NCBI GenBank assembly: GCA_051294375.1
Contig: CM119266.1
Span: 3,970,420 to 4,034,419 of the forward strand
DNA from: Paraspadella gotoi
Taxonomy: Eukaryota > Animalia > Chaetognatha
Direction: 5' to 3'
Length of the DNA stretch: 64,000 bases
Position numbers and translations under genes: made by a program. The notes below the pieces were generated by a model. It did not search any database and had not been told where the DNA came from. It saw only the letters and a program-made list of their open reading frames with translations. Below, in pieces: positions 35,017 to 47,834 of the stretch (the stretch's first letter is position 1; each line of letters begins with the position of its first letter).

Positions 35017-37017
35017 ATGACTCGACATAACTCGGCCAATTCGGAAAATATTTCAGAAAACGAACTATCTCGAGAAAGTTCCATCGTTGACGAACCTGAG
35101 ATACGAAAAAAATATTCCTCGCTCAGGTAATTCATATTCTGTGCTTATGTGTCTAAAAAACGTTGCATATATGCTACAACTAAAATTAATTTGTTTAGTC
35201 GAAAAAATGGATGGAGCTGGCCTTTACATCCACGACAAATACTGTCATGGTTGGTGCTGCTTTTCCTCATGTCCTATTATTTCTGTACTCTTTGTTCTGC
35301 GCTTTGGTCGAATTACATCTACCCAGGATACGTAGTTCCCGCAGCGCTGGCACTTTGCCATTTAATAACAAATATTTGGTGCGTTTCATCTAATCCCGCA
35401 GATCCTAATGTCCTCCGAAGAGATTCTAAGGTAATACTAAGAATAGGAGTTAAACATTTTATTTTTGAATATAAATTAAATGAAACTTTTTTTCCCCCCG
35501 AGAAACCACTTCCAACTTTCGACCACACGAAACATGCACACGTTATAGAGAATCTTTACTGTAACATTTGTGAAACCTCGGTGACTGACGATGCAAAACA
35601 TTGTTCTTACTGTAATAAGTGCATTGAGGTATATATATTTATTTGAAATAAATGTACGCTGTTCGGCACACTTTTTTTTATCATTTAAAAAAAATGTCAG
35701 GGATTCGACCATCATTGCTTTTGGCTCAACAACTGCATTGGACGTCGTAACTACCGTGTCTTCATCGTCTGCTTGGCGTCGGCGTTACTCTGTAGCCTCG
35801 TTGTCATTTCCGTCTCTATCGTTGAGATTGTCGTCTATTTCCTCAATACCCAACTCTTGTATTCTGACTGGCCGCATGATCGATCGATCGACCGATCCAA
35901 TTCCACCGAATACCTGCTCGTGTATTACAACGAAACGAGCGGCGACGTCTGGATCTCCGTCCTCTTCGTATTCTTAATTCTCAATGTAATAACTGTCGGC
36001 TTACTCGGACACTTGTTAATCTTTCACTTTTACCTCATAAGGTGAGGCAATTATTATTTATTAAATTAAAAATAAACAACTAATTACTTTCAATTTGTTT
36101 CCCTAGTCAAAATCTCACAACCTACGCGTACATAGTACGTATGCGCGACCGCGATGCGGCAAAAGACAATCGCTCCGTTTCCCGACGAAGTAGAGGGCGC
36201 GTCGCTCCGATGGATGGCGATCAACAAATGAACATCGACAAAGTGACTCCGACGGAGGAAGACAAACGAAACTTTGGGCTCGAACTACGCAACGGAGCTG
36301 GAGAGAAACCGACTTGGTCAGGTCCGACCCAGGAAAGGAGACGCTCCACGCCCACGAGCGAGGATCGAGCGAGGATAGAAGCGAGAGACAAAAGAGCAAC
36401 GGGGGATGAAAATATGACGAAATCGGAAGAACAATCGACGAAACCGAAGAAGAAAAAATGGAAGAAGTTAAAAGGAGATCCAGACGTTGACAAGGTGGTC
36501 AAGGTAATCGTGACTATCTAATAATAATTATCAAAATAAATAAATAAATAATAACCCAATATTGATCAGGATTTGGAAAAGGAATTTGGGTTAAGGGACC
36601 CGAACGAGACAAATGGGAACGATGAAAGCGACGCCTTCCGTCGAAGATCCGCAGGTTACACAGATTGAACCTATTAGCGTTTTAAATGGCTCAACTTAGC
36701 CAAAGAAATTCTTGTTTCAGGAACGGATTCGGGAATCGTCATTTCACCCAATTATCTCCTTTCGAGTAACAACGCGATCGCAACAGTCACGGAACCGACG
36801 AACGTTGAGGCTCCATCATCGAAAACAAGTTCGTTATAGTTGAACATTGATATTATTATTATATATACATAAGGATAATGAATTGTTATTGGTATCCCTT
36901 TCAGGTGACCATCAAGGGGGGGACTTTGAAGAGAGGGCCACGCCCTTGGTCCCCATTCCCATCGACGCTTTACAAACGTTAAACCGAAGCGAGATGGAAT
37001 ACTTGCATTTCTCATGA
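35017..37017 (+). CDS. DHHC palmitoyltransferase, ZDHHC1/ZDHHC11 subfamily, multi-exon
   Basis: [29 protein letters not shown]...[11 protein letters not shown]|[33 protein letters not shown]. The 3' exons are less certain. Confidence 0.9.
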
Positions 37018-37390
37018 ACTTTGGTTTTAATTTAATTTAACCTTGCATTAGCTATTACTATTAGAATTATATTGTTTTGTATAGTGATATAATTTTTTTT
37101 AATATTATTGAATTAACTGACTAGCAGGTTTAGTAGCTCTATTTTGACTAGTTTGTTAACCTAGATTGGTTCTGAAAGATTACTTTTAATTAAATAAGGT
37201 TTTATTTTTGGCTAGATATTGCACTCGAAAACGTTTTTTTTTAAAGATATACTATACCATTAAGAATCAAGTAGCAGCAAATTCAAACAAATTATACAAA
37301 CAAATATTTTAGTTAACTGTAAAGCGAAATCGGATTTGAAATAATCTTACGATATGATAAAAGGCAAAAAGGTAAGTTAATCTAATCACC

Positions 37391-39394
37391 TCACTTTTTC
37401 ATTCGCGAAATCTTTTTTGATTTATCGTTGGACATTGGCGGAGGAGGGGCATTCGCTTGCATGTGCCGCCCGTATAAGCTTATGGAAAAACATTGAGAAA
37501 ATAATATTAAATAAAATGGTTATTTTTACTGAAAGTTTTGGATACTAATTATCCGGATACATATACATCCGGAAAATGGAAAATCCGTTAAAATTCATCT
37601 AAGTATCATCATTTAAATGAGAAATTTGTCTTTTTGATAAGCAGATAAGAATAAAGCAATGTTAAAATATCTTACTATTTGTAAGTATCGGAGCGAATGA
37701 AGTCGAATACGTGAGTGATACCGATTTGAAATTGATCAGCGATTGGCGCCACCCAAGGATTGTTCTCAGCTTTTAATACTTGTTTGGAACCGGCCAGGTC
37801 TAAATTGCCTAAAGTTTGAAACAAAAGATGTTAATGAGAAATTGAGATGGACGAATGTTGCATCCTACAATAGATAATAATTTCTGGACATGAAACTTTT
37901 TATTTTAACATCAAAGTGTTTTTAATGTTGTCATGCCGATTAAAACACACCAATGGAAATTAGTTACTAAGCATTGTTTATATAGCGGTTGAGCAGCATG
38001 GAAGAAATAACCAATGAGAAAATATATATGCTTTTTAAGGAAGTTAAGCTAATATTCTATTTTAGTTTTAGGAAAAGTCATTTTTTAGGCATCAAAATAC
38101 TATAAAAATATCTTACAATAAAATAAATCAGCGAATGGAGATTCTCCTTTGGAAAGAGTTGTCATAAACTTAGTTAGACAAAGTTTTTTGCTCCGATTAT
38201 ATATCAACAATGATAATAAAGGCTAAAGAGGTAATACCTAATTCTGGTGGTAAAACCGTGAGTCGGTTTCCTTGAATGTGAAATTCTTTGAGTCGATGAA
38301 GATTTCCTACTTCAGGTGGAATCGCGATTAAATCGTTGTCCCGTAAAACCAGAATCTGAACAATATTTTACGGCATTTTTATTATTCTCTCATTTTCTTG
38401 AAATATTTTTTAAAATTTCCACAGGCTTTAACTTTGTAACTTTTTCTGTACCATACCTTAACTTAAAACTACCTGCAAATTTCGGAGATTCCCAATATTT
38501 CCCGGAAGCGCTTCAAAATCATTGTCTCCCAAAAATAAGGCTCTATAATTACAAAAGGAGAGATGTGTTAATGACTTCATGTCTTTAAAAAGCCCAAAAA
38601 TTGAATAATATTGAAAATTAATAACCTGAGTGTTTCAAGGCAGAAAAAGTTCCCAGGTAAACTCCTCTCATTCAAGTTATTGTAAGTCAGGTCTAATACT
38701 TCCAATATTGGAAAAGCTCCGAACCCTCTCGGAAGTGTATACAATCGATTCATACTGAAAATAATAAAAAAAGATATTTTTTGAAAATTTTATTAAACAA
38801 GTGGTATGAATAATTTTTGGGTGGAATCAAAATTACCCGAGATTTAAAATTTTAAGCCTTGGAAGAGTAGAGAGAGATGTTGGAAGATTTTCAATGTGAT
38901 TATTAAACAAGTTGAGAATTTCAAGATGCACCATTTCGGCAATATTAGGCGGTAGACCTTGTTGAGAGTGAGCGAAAAAGTATTATTTTTTATTATTTTT
39001 AAAAATTTGGATGAAAGTTATAGTATCGAAATTAATTTTTTTCATGACTAAACTTTATGCACATTGCACAAAGCTGCAATTACTCGTTATTGCATTATCT
39101 TGTCAAAGACAGTCGTTATTATTTCCTTGGTTAATATTCGCCTAAACTCCCGATACACTTACTAGTAATCTTGTTGTGGCTGAGTGTAAGGCGCGTAAGA
39201 TGAATCAGCGAAACTGAAAAACGGGACAGATTTCCAATTCGATTAATTTAATAGATTGGTAGAGCAAACATTCACGAGTAAAACTTACATAATCCTGGAA
39301 TTTCCAAAATGTTAGTGATGCCCTTGTCCACCAAATCCATTTCGGGTAATTGATTGTCTTTTACTTCTTCCACGACTTTCTTAACTTTCGACAT
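37391..39394 (-). CDS. RSU1: Ras suppressor protein 1 (LRR), multi-exon
   Basis: MSKVKKVVEEVKDNQLPEMDLVDKGI, RLTLSHNKI, GFGAFPILEVLDLTYNNLNE, NPWVAPIADQFQIGITHVFDFIRSDTY, YGRHMQANAPPPP...KSKKISR. Confidence 0.93.
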
Positions 39395-39948
39395 TTTCGA
39401 CGTTTTGTGTAAAGAGAAGAAACCAGAGAGAGATCGCGTTTCTCCAGGACGAAACGAATAAATAGTTCGATGTTGAGTGAAATTTTTTTCTCGTCGGTTG
39501 TCGAGGCTTAGTCTCGGTTCGATCCAAAGCAGAAGAGGAAGAGGATGTTCATCCTCGATCCTCGAGAAGCCTTAAGGATTCGCCCAAACTCAAATTCCTT
39601 CACGAGTCAACATTGCTTTTTTGTTTATTTCATTTTTCGCATTACTTTTTTTCGCTATGGGATGGAGAAAGAATTATTACAATTTTCAACCGTCCAAGTA
39701 TGATAAAAATACTCGACAAACTTGATCAATCGAGAGAAGAAAAAAAAACTATGATAGAAAAAATTAAGTTTGAGCCTGTCGAATAGTTTCAAACCGTAAA
39801 CGCAACTATGTAATAATATGTATAACTGATACTGTGATACTCGGAGAAGAAAAATTCATTCCTCAAAATATATACCGCAAAACGTCAAAACAACCGCGCG
39901 CGCTGTCTTTTGTTCGAAGAACCGAACATAATTAAAAACTATTAAAGT

Positions 39949-42900
39949 CTAAGAGAAAATCTCCGGTTGTGATTTGACCCTCTTTCGCGAGAAGGCCTCC
40001 TCCTCCTCCTCCTCCGAATCGGCATCCGATTGTCTTTCGTGTCTATGTTTTTTCTTATGTTTCTTGTCCTTTTTTCTTTTCTTTTCTTTGTCCTTTTTCT
40101 TCTTTTTCCTTTTTTTCCGCGACTCGTCGTCGCTGGACGATTCGTCGCTCGCGCCATCTACGTTTCCGTGCCGTTCGTCGTCTTCGTAATCGGGTTCGAA
40201 ATCAAAGTCTTCGCCCGGGGATCGACCCGAGGACCTTCCTCTGCCGTCGTCGTCATCGTCGCCGTAACTAGACTTTCTTCTCTTTCTACTTCCCGACCCC
40301 GATTCCCTTTTGTTTCTAGGATCCTCGTCGTCGAGATGGAGATCGACCGCGCTGCGTCGACTTCTCTTTAACTTTTCACGAAGATCGATCGAGTTGTTCT
40401 CGGATTGAATGAGGAGATTTCCCGGAGTCGCGTCGTCGTCTCGTATGATGACTTTTCTTCGTCCCGTTTTCTCCTTTTTCTCTTTTCTCTCTTTCTTAGG
40501 AAACGAGGAAATATCATGATGATCCTCTTCATCAATTTTCTTTCTCATTCCATCGTTCGATTCCTCGTCTTCCTCCTTCCTACTCTTCTCCTCCTCCACT
40601 TCCTCCCTCCTCGCTCTCCTCTCCTCTCCCAATCGAAACGCGTCAATCTCTTCTTGTTTTCTCTTATCTCTCCGCCGACGATTCCGATCTTTGTCGCCTT
40701 CGTCCTGATTGGGACTTTTGACGGTGATGGTGAAGGTGGCGGCGTTGGGGCTGCCCCTCACTTTCCGTTCGGGACTCAGATCAGCGTAAGAGACCATCTC
40801 TCTGTTGGAGAGAAGACTCGCCGTCCGTTGGGGCGGCGGGGATGTGATTGGAGACCGATGCGACGGCGGCGATGGCGGGCGTTGCTTCGGCAGCGGCGGA
40901 GGGGGCGGTGACGGAGCTCGGACCCTTTCTCGAGACACCTTCTCGTGTGACACCCGGTCATGTGACACCCTGTCATGCGACGCCCTCTCTTTTGACACCC
41001 TCTCTTTAAACCCCCTTTCTTTTGACACCCGTTCCTCTTTCCTTTCGTAATCTTCATCTTCCTTCCCTTTGCTCCGTCGATAAGCGTTGTCTCTCGATCT
41101 CTCTCTCTCTCTTCTTTTCTCCCTCTCCCCGTGTCGATCTCTTCCGATGGATTCATCTATCGCGTCTCGATCTCCGCTTCTTTTTCGATCCCTCGATCGA
41201 TCTTCGTCGCTGCGACGTCGTCTTCCTCTCGACTCTTTATATTTTCTATGATCTCTGTCTCTGTCCGTCTTTCTGTCTCGCTCTCTCTCGCCATCCCTCT
41301 CCGTCTCTCTACGACGATCGTCTCTATCGCTTTTTCCTCGATCCCTGTGTCTCGATTCTCTGTCTTCTCTCGTCGCGCTCCTCCTTTCTCTTTCCTTACT
41401 TCTTTGCCTTTCCTTATGAACTGGGGCGACGATCATGGATCGACCCACGATACTGGACTTTTCGCGAAAGGCCTTCTCCGCCTGTTCGATGACCGACCTG
41501 GGTAAGTGCTCCTTTTCTACGGACCTCTGAGGCGGCGGCGGTGGCTCGGGCTCGCTCTCGAACGCGTCGTCGCGTTCCCACTTGGACACTTCGGGGATGA
41601 AGGCGTCTTCGTGTTTGTCCGATTCGCTCTCGTCGCGAAGACTCGTTTTGGAGCTGCGTCGATCCTCTGACCTTCCGATCGACTGACTGACCGGCGATGA
41701 AAATGAATCTCTTCTCGATTTCGTGTTAGTTGTCGTTTCAGACTTTTTAGTTTCCATTTGCGTCGTTTCATTTCGCGTTTCGATTTCCGGTGGCTCCGGG
41801 TCAAAAGTCTTCTTGGGAGGTGTTTCTCTCTGATCTGAATTATTTGACACATCTTTTCTCATTTCCTCTTCCAATCTTTCTTTTCGTTCTTCGATCACAG
41901 GATGAATCTGTTTTTCCTCGAAAGCAGCGATCGTTTCCGCGACGTTCGTCTCCTTATCGAAAGTCTTCATCGAAGCGTCTTCAACCTTTTGAACCTTTTC
42001 GATCCTTTGAACCTTTTCGATCATGGTCTCGAGTTTCGGCGAGGTTTGGTCAGTTTTAATCTCCGACAGTCTGTTCCTTCTATCCTCTCTCTTCTTACGT
42101 TTATTCATCTTGTATTCCTTGTATTTCTCTGGTCCCAATTCTTCCTTTAATCTCCTTCTTTTTTCTTCCTTCAAACTCAGTTCGCTGGATTCGACAGGAG
42201 TCTCGGTATCGACCGTCCCGCTAGAATCTTTGCTCGCATCAACTGCGACCTTCATCGGTTCATCATTCTCTTCCTCGTATCCTTTCTTTTTCTCTGCCTT
42301 ATCAACGTGTTCCCTCAGCTCTCGAAACTCTTCCCTTTGCTGCAATAAATCTTTGACATCTTCGTGAGGAGCGTCGCCACGGTCGTCGTTACGACCGCTG
42401 TCATGATCGACGTTACGTCCACTATCGCGGCCGTCGTCACGACCGCCATTACCATCACCGTCACGTGCGCTGTCACGTTTGCTATCACGAGTACCATCAG
42501 CAACGTTTTCCGACTCGCGATACCTCTCTTTTTCTCCGCATCTACTTCTCGGCCGCTCGCGTTCCTCGACGTGCTCGTCCCTATGATGGGCGCCTCTTCC
42601 TTCAGCGCCTCTGCCTTCGGCGCCTCTATTTTCAGCACCTCTGCCTTCCGAGTCTCTCGATCGTCGGTTTCGTTCGTGATTGGAGTGACGACTCCTTTCT
42701 CGATCCACATCGACGGCCGCTTCATGTTTCTCCGTCGCCCTCTCACGTTTTCGATGTGATTCCCGCTCTTTCCCTTCGTCTCTCCTCTCCTCTCTCCAGT
42801 GCCGCGAATCCTTTTCCCCGTTTCGTCCGCGATGATCGACAAAGTCTTTCCTCCTCGAAGATTCCTTCTCCACTTGCCTTGCCCTCTCGCGGTCGGAATC

Positions 42901-45900
42901 GCGTCCATTCTCTCGATCCGTTTGGTAGCGATGAGATCCTCGACGGTAGAAGGCGTCTCTGCTCTGCGGCGGCGGAAGCAGCGGCTCCTGCTTTCCTTGC
43001 GAGTGAGAAGGAGGAAGAAGAGGAGGCGGACCAATTCCCGGAGGCGGATAAGAGGAAGTTGATTGCGACGGAGGAAACTTTTGATGTGGTCCTCTATTTT
43101 GATGTCCTCTTTGTGATTGATAACCGGAGTGGTTGGGAGGGTGATAAGTCTGTGAATTGGGGCCACCACCCCCGTGATTTCTGGCGTAGAAATCCTCGTA
43201 ATATTTCTGGTAGTATCTCTCTATATCCTGCGGGGTCGTGACCCAGCTCGGCGGCGGCGGGGGCGGAGGCGGCTGCGGCGGATGAGCTTTACTTCCCTCG
43301 TCTCGAAATCCGCCGCCGCCGCCGCGGCCTCGACCGCCTCGATAACCGCCGCGCCCTCTACCGCGTCCGCGTCCGCGATAGTTGCTGTATTCGTTGGGCG
43401 GTCCGTATTCGTAGCCTTGAGGCGGAGAATAATGGCGTCGATCCTCGTTGGGAGATTTCGAGCGGCGACTCCGCCATCCGCCGCGCTGAGGAGAAAAGGA
43501 AGCGGAACGCGAGCGCTCCCGGGGAGGACGTCGACCGGCGGGAGAGTGAGATCGCGAGCGCTGCTCGGGGCGGCGCGGGGGCGATTCGTCCGAATAAGAA
43601 GACGATCGGCTGCGCCGTTTCGGGCTGCGAGATCGTGAGCGGGAATAGCTGCGACTACCGCTTCTGCTGCGACTCCTGCTGCCGGAAGACGACGAGAAGG
43701 AACGACGAGGCGATCGACGGGGTGAACCCCTTTCCTTTCTCTGTCTTTCTCTTCGACCTTCTTCCATCAATTCGCGCGCCATCTTCTCCAAAGGATCTAA
43801 GAGTTTGTCGCTGGCGTGAGCCACGCCCGAACCCGACGAAGACTCGGACAGTTTTTCGATGAGCGTGTCTCCGGGTTTTGGAGGCTCCGGAGCCTTGAGC
43901 GGAGGCGGGTGACCGAGAAGCGGGGCCGAAGACGAGGGCACCGTGCCGGGCGGGACCGCCATAGACGGAGGAACCATCGGCGCGTGTGGCATTCCGGGCA
44001 TCGGTAAACCAGGAGGAGCCATCACGTGAGGCATATTGTGCGGCATCCCGGGATATCCCATCGTCGGGTAAGGGATGGCACCAGGAAAATGAGGAGGCAT
44101 ATAACCCGGGAAAGGCATCGGCTGTTGAAATTGCTGCGGCGCGGTTGGCGGAGGCGGATATTGCGCGAGAGGCAGCTGTGGGCGAGCGGGAACAGGCGCC
44201 GCGGGAGGAAGATGCGGCAGAGCAGCCTGCTGCAGAGCGAGAGGATTCTCGCCAGTGAGAGAAGTTGAGGAAGATGAATCGGAGGCCGAATGAAGAGGAG
44301 GAGGAGGCAGAGTCGGCGCCGGAGGAAGAACGTTCGTCATCGGATTATTGACGGGGAAATTTCCGGTGCCGGGAGGATCCGGCAAAGAAGAAGACGAAGC
44401 CGTGCTGAGCAGAGACGTGGAGGAGGAAGCGGTTACCGCCGGCGCCGGCGTCGGCAAAGGAGTTAGCAGCGGCGGCGGAAGAGGAGACGGATCCTTGACT
44501 CGATCGACGGGAGAGGCCGTCGCCGAAGTCGACAGCTTTGGAGGCAACACCTCGACAACGTCGTCGTCTTCGTGAGGAGGAGACGATTCCGCGGAGAGTT
44601 TGGGTTCCGGTTCCGGGTCGGGAGGCGGACGAGGAGAGTTCGATCCTCCGAGGTTAGTTTTAAGGTGAAGCTGGAAAGGACTCGGCTTTGGAGTCGAGTT
44701 GGAAGTCGTCGTCGGCGGAGCGTGTTTCGGAGGATGGACTGGGAGGAAAAGAGAGAGTTATATAGGGTGAACGGATGTAGGGTTAGAGAGTAAAAGAGAG
44801 AGTGAAAGAGGGAGTGAAAGAGAGAGCATAAAAAATATATTTAAAAAAGGAATTTATTGGTACAGATTTAGTTAAAATCCACATTTGCCTTTCCTGCTTT
44901 CTGATGCGACATGTTACAACCGCTTTGTTTTTTGTAAACCTTAAAAAAAAGTTTATTCTTATTTTGTTTTTGACCACCTCCCGGGTGCAAAAGCTCTCGA
45001 ATGGCTTGACCGATTTTCTTTTAACTTACACGAATGGAGTCCTCTTTTAAAAATATATATATATTTTTTTTTAATTTTCCGCAGTAAATGCCTTATACAT
45101 GGTGACAATTTTACAAGCGCCGGTAGAAATACGCTGTCATTTGCAAACCAGTGGTTATTTCATTGATTTTAAAAATTAGTTGAGTAGAACATATTAAAAT
45201 CATTTATGTGTTCAAATTTTATATTGATCAGTTAAGATATGCCTTGGCAATGAGTGGAGAAAGTTGGCTTGTAAAATCGGGTTTCATTTTCTAACTCACT
45301 TTTTTAGATTCAATTTTTTTTTCTTACTTTCAGTAAGTGTTCTAAAAAATTTAAAATAAAATAATATTAATATTATTATCTTCTGAAAGCCCTTTCAAAT
45401 CTAAAGAGAATGACATACTTGCAAATACTGTAGTATAAAATTTAACCGGCCCAGCTTTAATTTAATTAGGATACTCAAAAACAAAACATCTTTATAAAAA
45501 TCAATAGCTGGAGGATAAATTTAAGATTTTTATCAAATTGTGATTGCCTATCTGGAATCTTCTTTTTTCAGGCTTTTTCATGATACTTATATAAATAATA
45601 ATATTTTATGTTATAATAATTTAATCAGGTCATATATTTTTAAAAAATATATAAAATTTTAAATAATTAACTTTTAACTCTTTTAATTGAACCAAGGCTG
45701 GGCAGTTTAATTTTTTTGTTAGAGCTTTTGTAAATATATCATTCTCTTCATTTTTTAAGGGCTTTCTGAGGATATTAATATTGTTAATATCTTAATAAAT
45801 ACTTTGTTTAAAAAAGAGCTAAAACTTTAAAAAAAAATTGAATTTAAAAACAGTTGGAGTTGGAAAATAAAACCCGATTTTACAAGCCAACTTTCTCCAC

Positions 45901-47834
45901 TCATTGACAAAGCATATCTTAACTGATCAATATAAAATTTGAACACATAAATGACTTTAATATGTTCTACTCAACTAATTTTTAAAATCAATGAAATAAC
46001 CACTGGTTTGAAAATGACAGCGTATTTCTACCGGCGCTTGTAAAATTGTCACCATGTACGTGTGCGATTTAAGAGTAATCTTTTATTGTGCAAGAAAAGA
46101 AAATGTAGAGACGAAAATGATGTGGAAGAAAACAAAGTAAATCAAACAAAGGAAGAAAAATAAAAATAAAGAAAGATGAAGAAGATGAAGAAGAAAAAGC
46201 TTTAGCGAGGCGACAATGTAATGTGACTCGATACTCACCCGTGGATTCGACAGGCAACTTGGGAGAAGAAGCGAATTGGTGTTGTTGTAACGGTGATGAG
46301 ATTAGCGGTGAAGCCACTGAATAAGAGAAATTAAGTATCCATTTAAGGGAATCACGAAACCTTGTTTTCAATATCATGAAAATATTTTTAGTTTTCGTTA
46401 ACCAATTCCGAAATAAAATAATAAAATAAAATAATAAATAAAATAAAATAAAACTTAAAAATTAATAAAGCCCACATTATTTTCTTAAGTCACTGTATGC
46501 ATTCTGCACTAATTATGCAGAGGCAATATCGAGTTTATTTTACCTTATTTCAACTTATCGGTTAGGTTAACGGTAAAATATCTCTCTCATTTTCGATTTT
46601 TAAAAAATAGGCACATATATAAGTTGATCAAGAATTTGACAAGAACCAATACTGGCGGCAAAATTTAAATTTTTTTAAATTTCCTTCTTTCAACGAAGTT
46701 TTTGGTTACTAAATAAGGAAGTAGTGATTTCATTAAAAACATTGCTTTTTTTTCCTGGATTTCTAAAGTACAACGAACCCACTAAAAACTCAATCCTTAA
46801 ACCAAGAAGACGGTTCTATTCTTACCATAATTGCTCTCGGGCATCAACATTGCGCGTTTCTTCTTTACATGATATCCGGTTTCGTTTCGAAAATTTTGAA
46901 CCAGATTTCGAAGAAACTTGTTGGGAACCAAAGCTTCGGCTGGACTTTGTCCCGGTTCCCCACAAGAGGGACATTCGTGTTCTTCCGTCTGCAGCAGAGA
47001 TTCCCGGATGCAGTCGTCGCAGAAGCTGTTGCCGCAACAGCAAATAACGGAAGCGTCGTTCATGAGATCGCGACAAAGAGGGCAAAGCATCTCCGCCGGA
47101 ACTTCGGGCTTTTCCTCCTGCGCCGGTTTAACCGCGTTTTCGAGGAAGGGCGGAGCCTCTTTCTTTCCCTTCGCGTAAGCCTGTCGGTCGATGGTGGGCA
47201 CGGCGTAACCTGCCTGAGTCAGCAACGCGCCGGGGTCGTCCTTTTGCGCCACAACCATCTTGCTGCGTGGGATTCCGGTGGCGTGTTTAACGTTGCGCCT
47301 CTCCGTCCCCGGCATGGGGCAGTTTTGAATAAAGTGACCTTTTTGATTGCAGTTGTAGCAGACGTAAGTGGATCCGGGTTTGGAGGATTTTTGGTAATTG
47401 GAGGGATCGAAATCGCGGGTGGAGAGAACGAACATGTCGCTGATTCGTTTCTCTTCGCTCACGTTCTCGTTGCTCAACTGGTTGGCGGATGAGGTGAGGG
47501 AGTCGACCTGCTGCTTGGGCGATTCCACGGCCCGCGGCGCCGACACGTGCTGGTCGTCGAGCCATGGCATCGACTTGGGTCCGCTACGAGAGGACGTCTT
47601 CAGCGGAATGCGCGCCACTTCCACCGAGGCGTTCTTGGGAATGACGTCGCCCTCCTTTTTGTAAACGGCCTTAGACTGAGCATTCTTAATTTCCAAGTCG
47701 AAATCCGCACCGCTGGGTTTCCCGATTTTTTTGAAAATTGCTAATTTTAGCTCGGACACGGAAATGTTTAACCCATCGAAAGTCACTGTGTCGTAGTCTA
47801 GGCTGTTTTTAAACCTAAAGTGTATGCTAGGCAT
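39949..47834 (-). CDS. RBBP6: E3 ubiquitin ligase RBBP6 (DWNN, zinc knuckle, RING, Pro-rich and RS/RE-rich tail); exons ~47834-46825, ~46318-46240, ~44737-39949
   Basis: IHFRFKNSLDYDTVTFDG (DWNN), CYNCNQKGHFIQNCP (knuckle), CPLCRDLM...CCGNSFCDDCIR...CPSC (RING); long downstream exon with Pro-rich and RS regions. Confidence 0.95.
40925..41035 (-). repeat. 15-bp coding repeat, (E/D)RVS(K/H), in RBBP6
   Basis: ERVSKERGFKERVSKERASHDRVSHDRVSHEKVSRERV; GACACC recurs with 15-nt periodicity. Confidence 0.8.
45098..46056. mobile_element. Non-autonomous foldback DNA transposon (MITE) with long TIRs and TA target duplication
   Basis: TA|CATGGTGACAATTTTACAAGCGCCGGTAGAAATACGCTG... is mirrored by ...CGTATTTCTACCGGCGCTTGTAAAATTGTCACCATG|TA. 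Arms are near-perfect for ~190 bp and degenerate further in; no ORF. Confidence 0.9.

Noticed and set aside
39974-44793. Many antisense and alternative-frame ORFs over RBBP6 and other long exons
   Set aside because: Shadow ORFs expected from GC-rich, low-complexity coding sequence.
46797-46824. Stop just past the RBBP6 RING exon, suggesting a short isoform
   Set aside because: This is ordinary read-through past a GTAAGA donor; nothing shows intronic termination.
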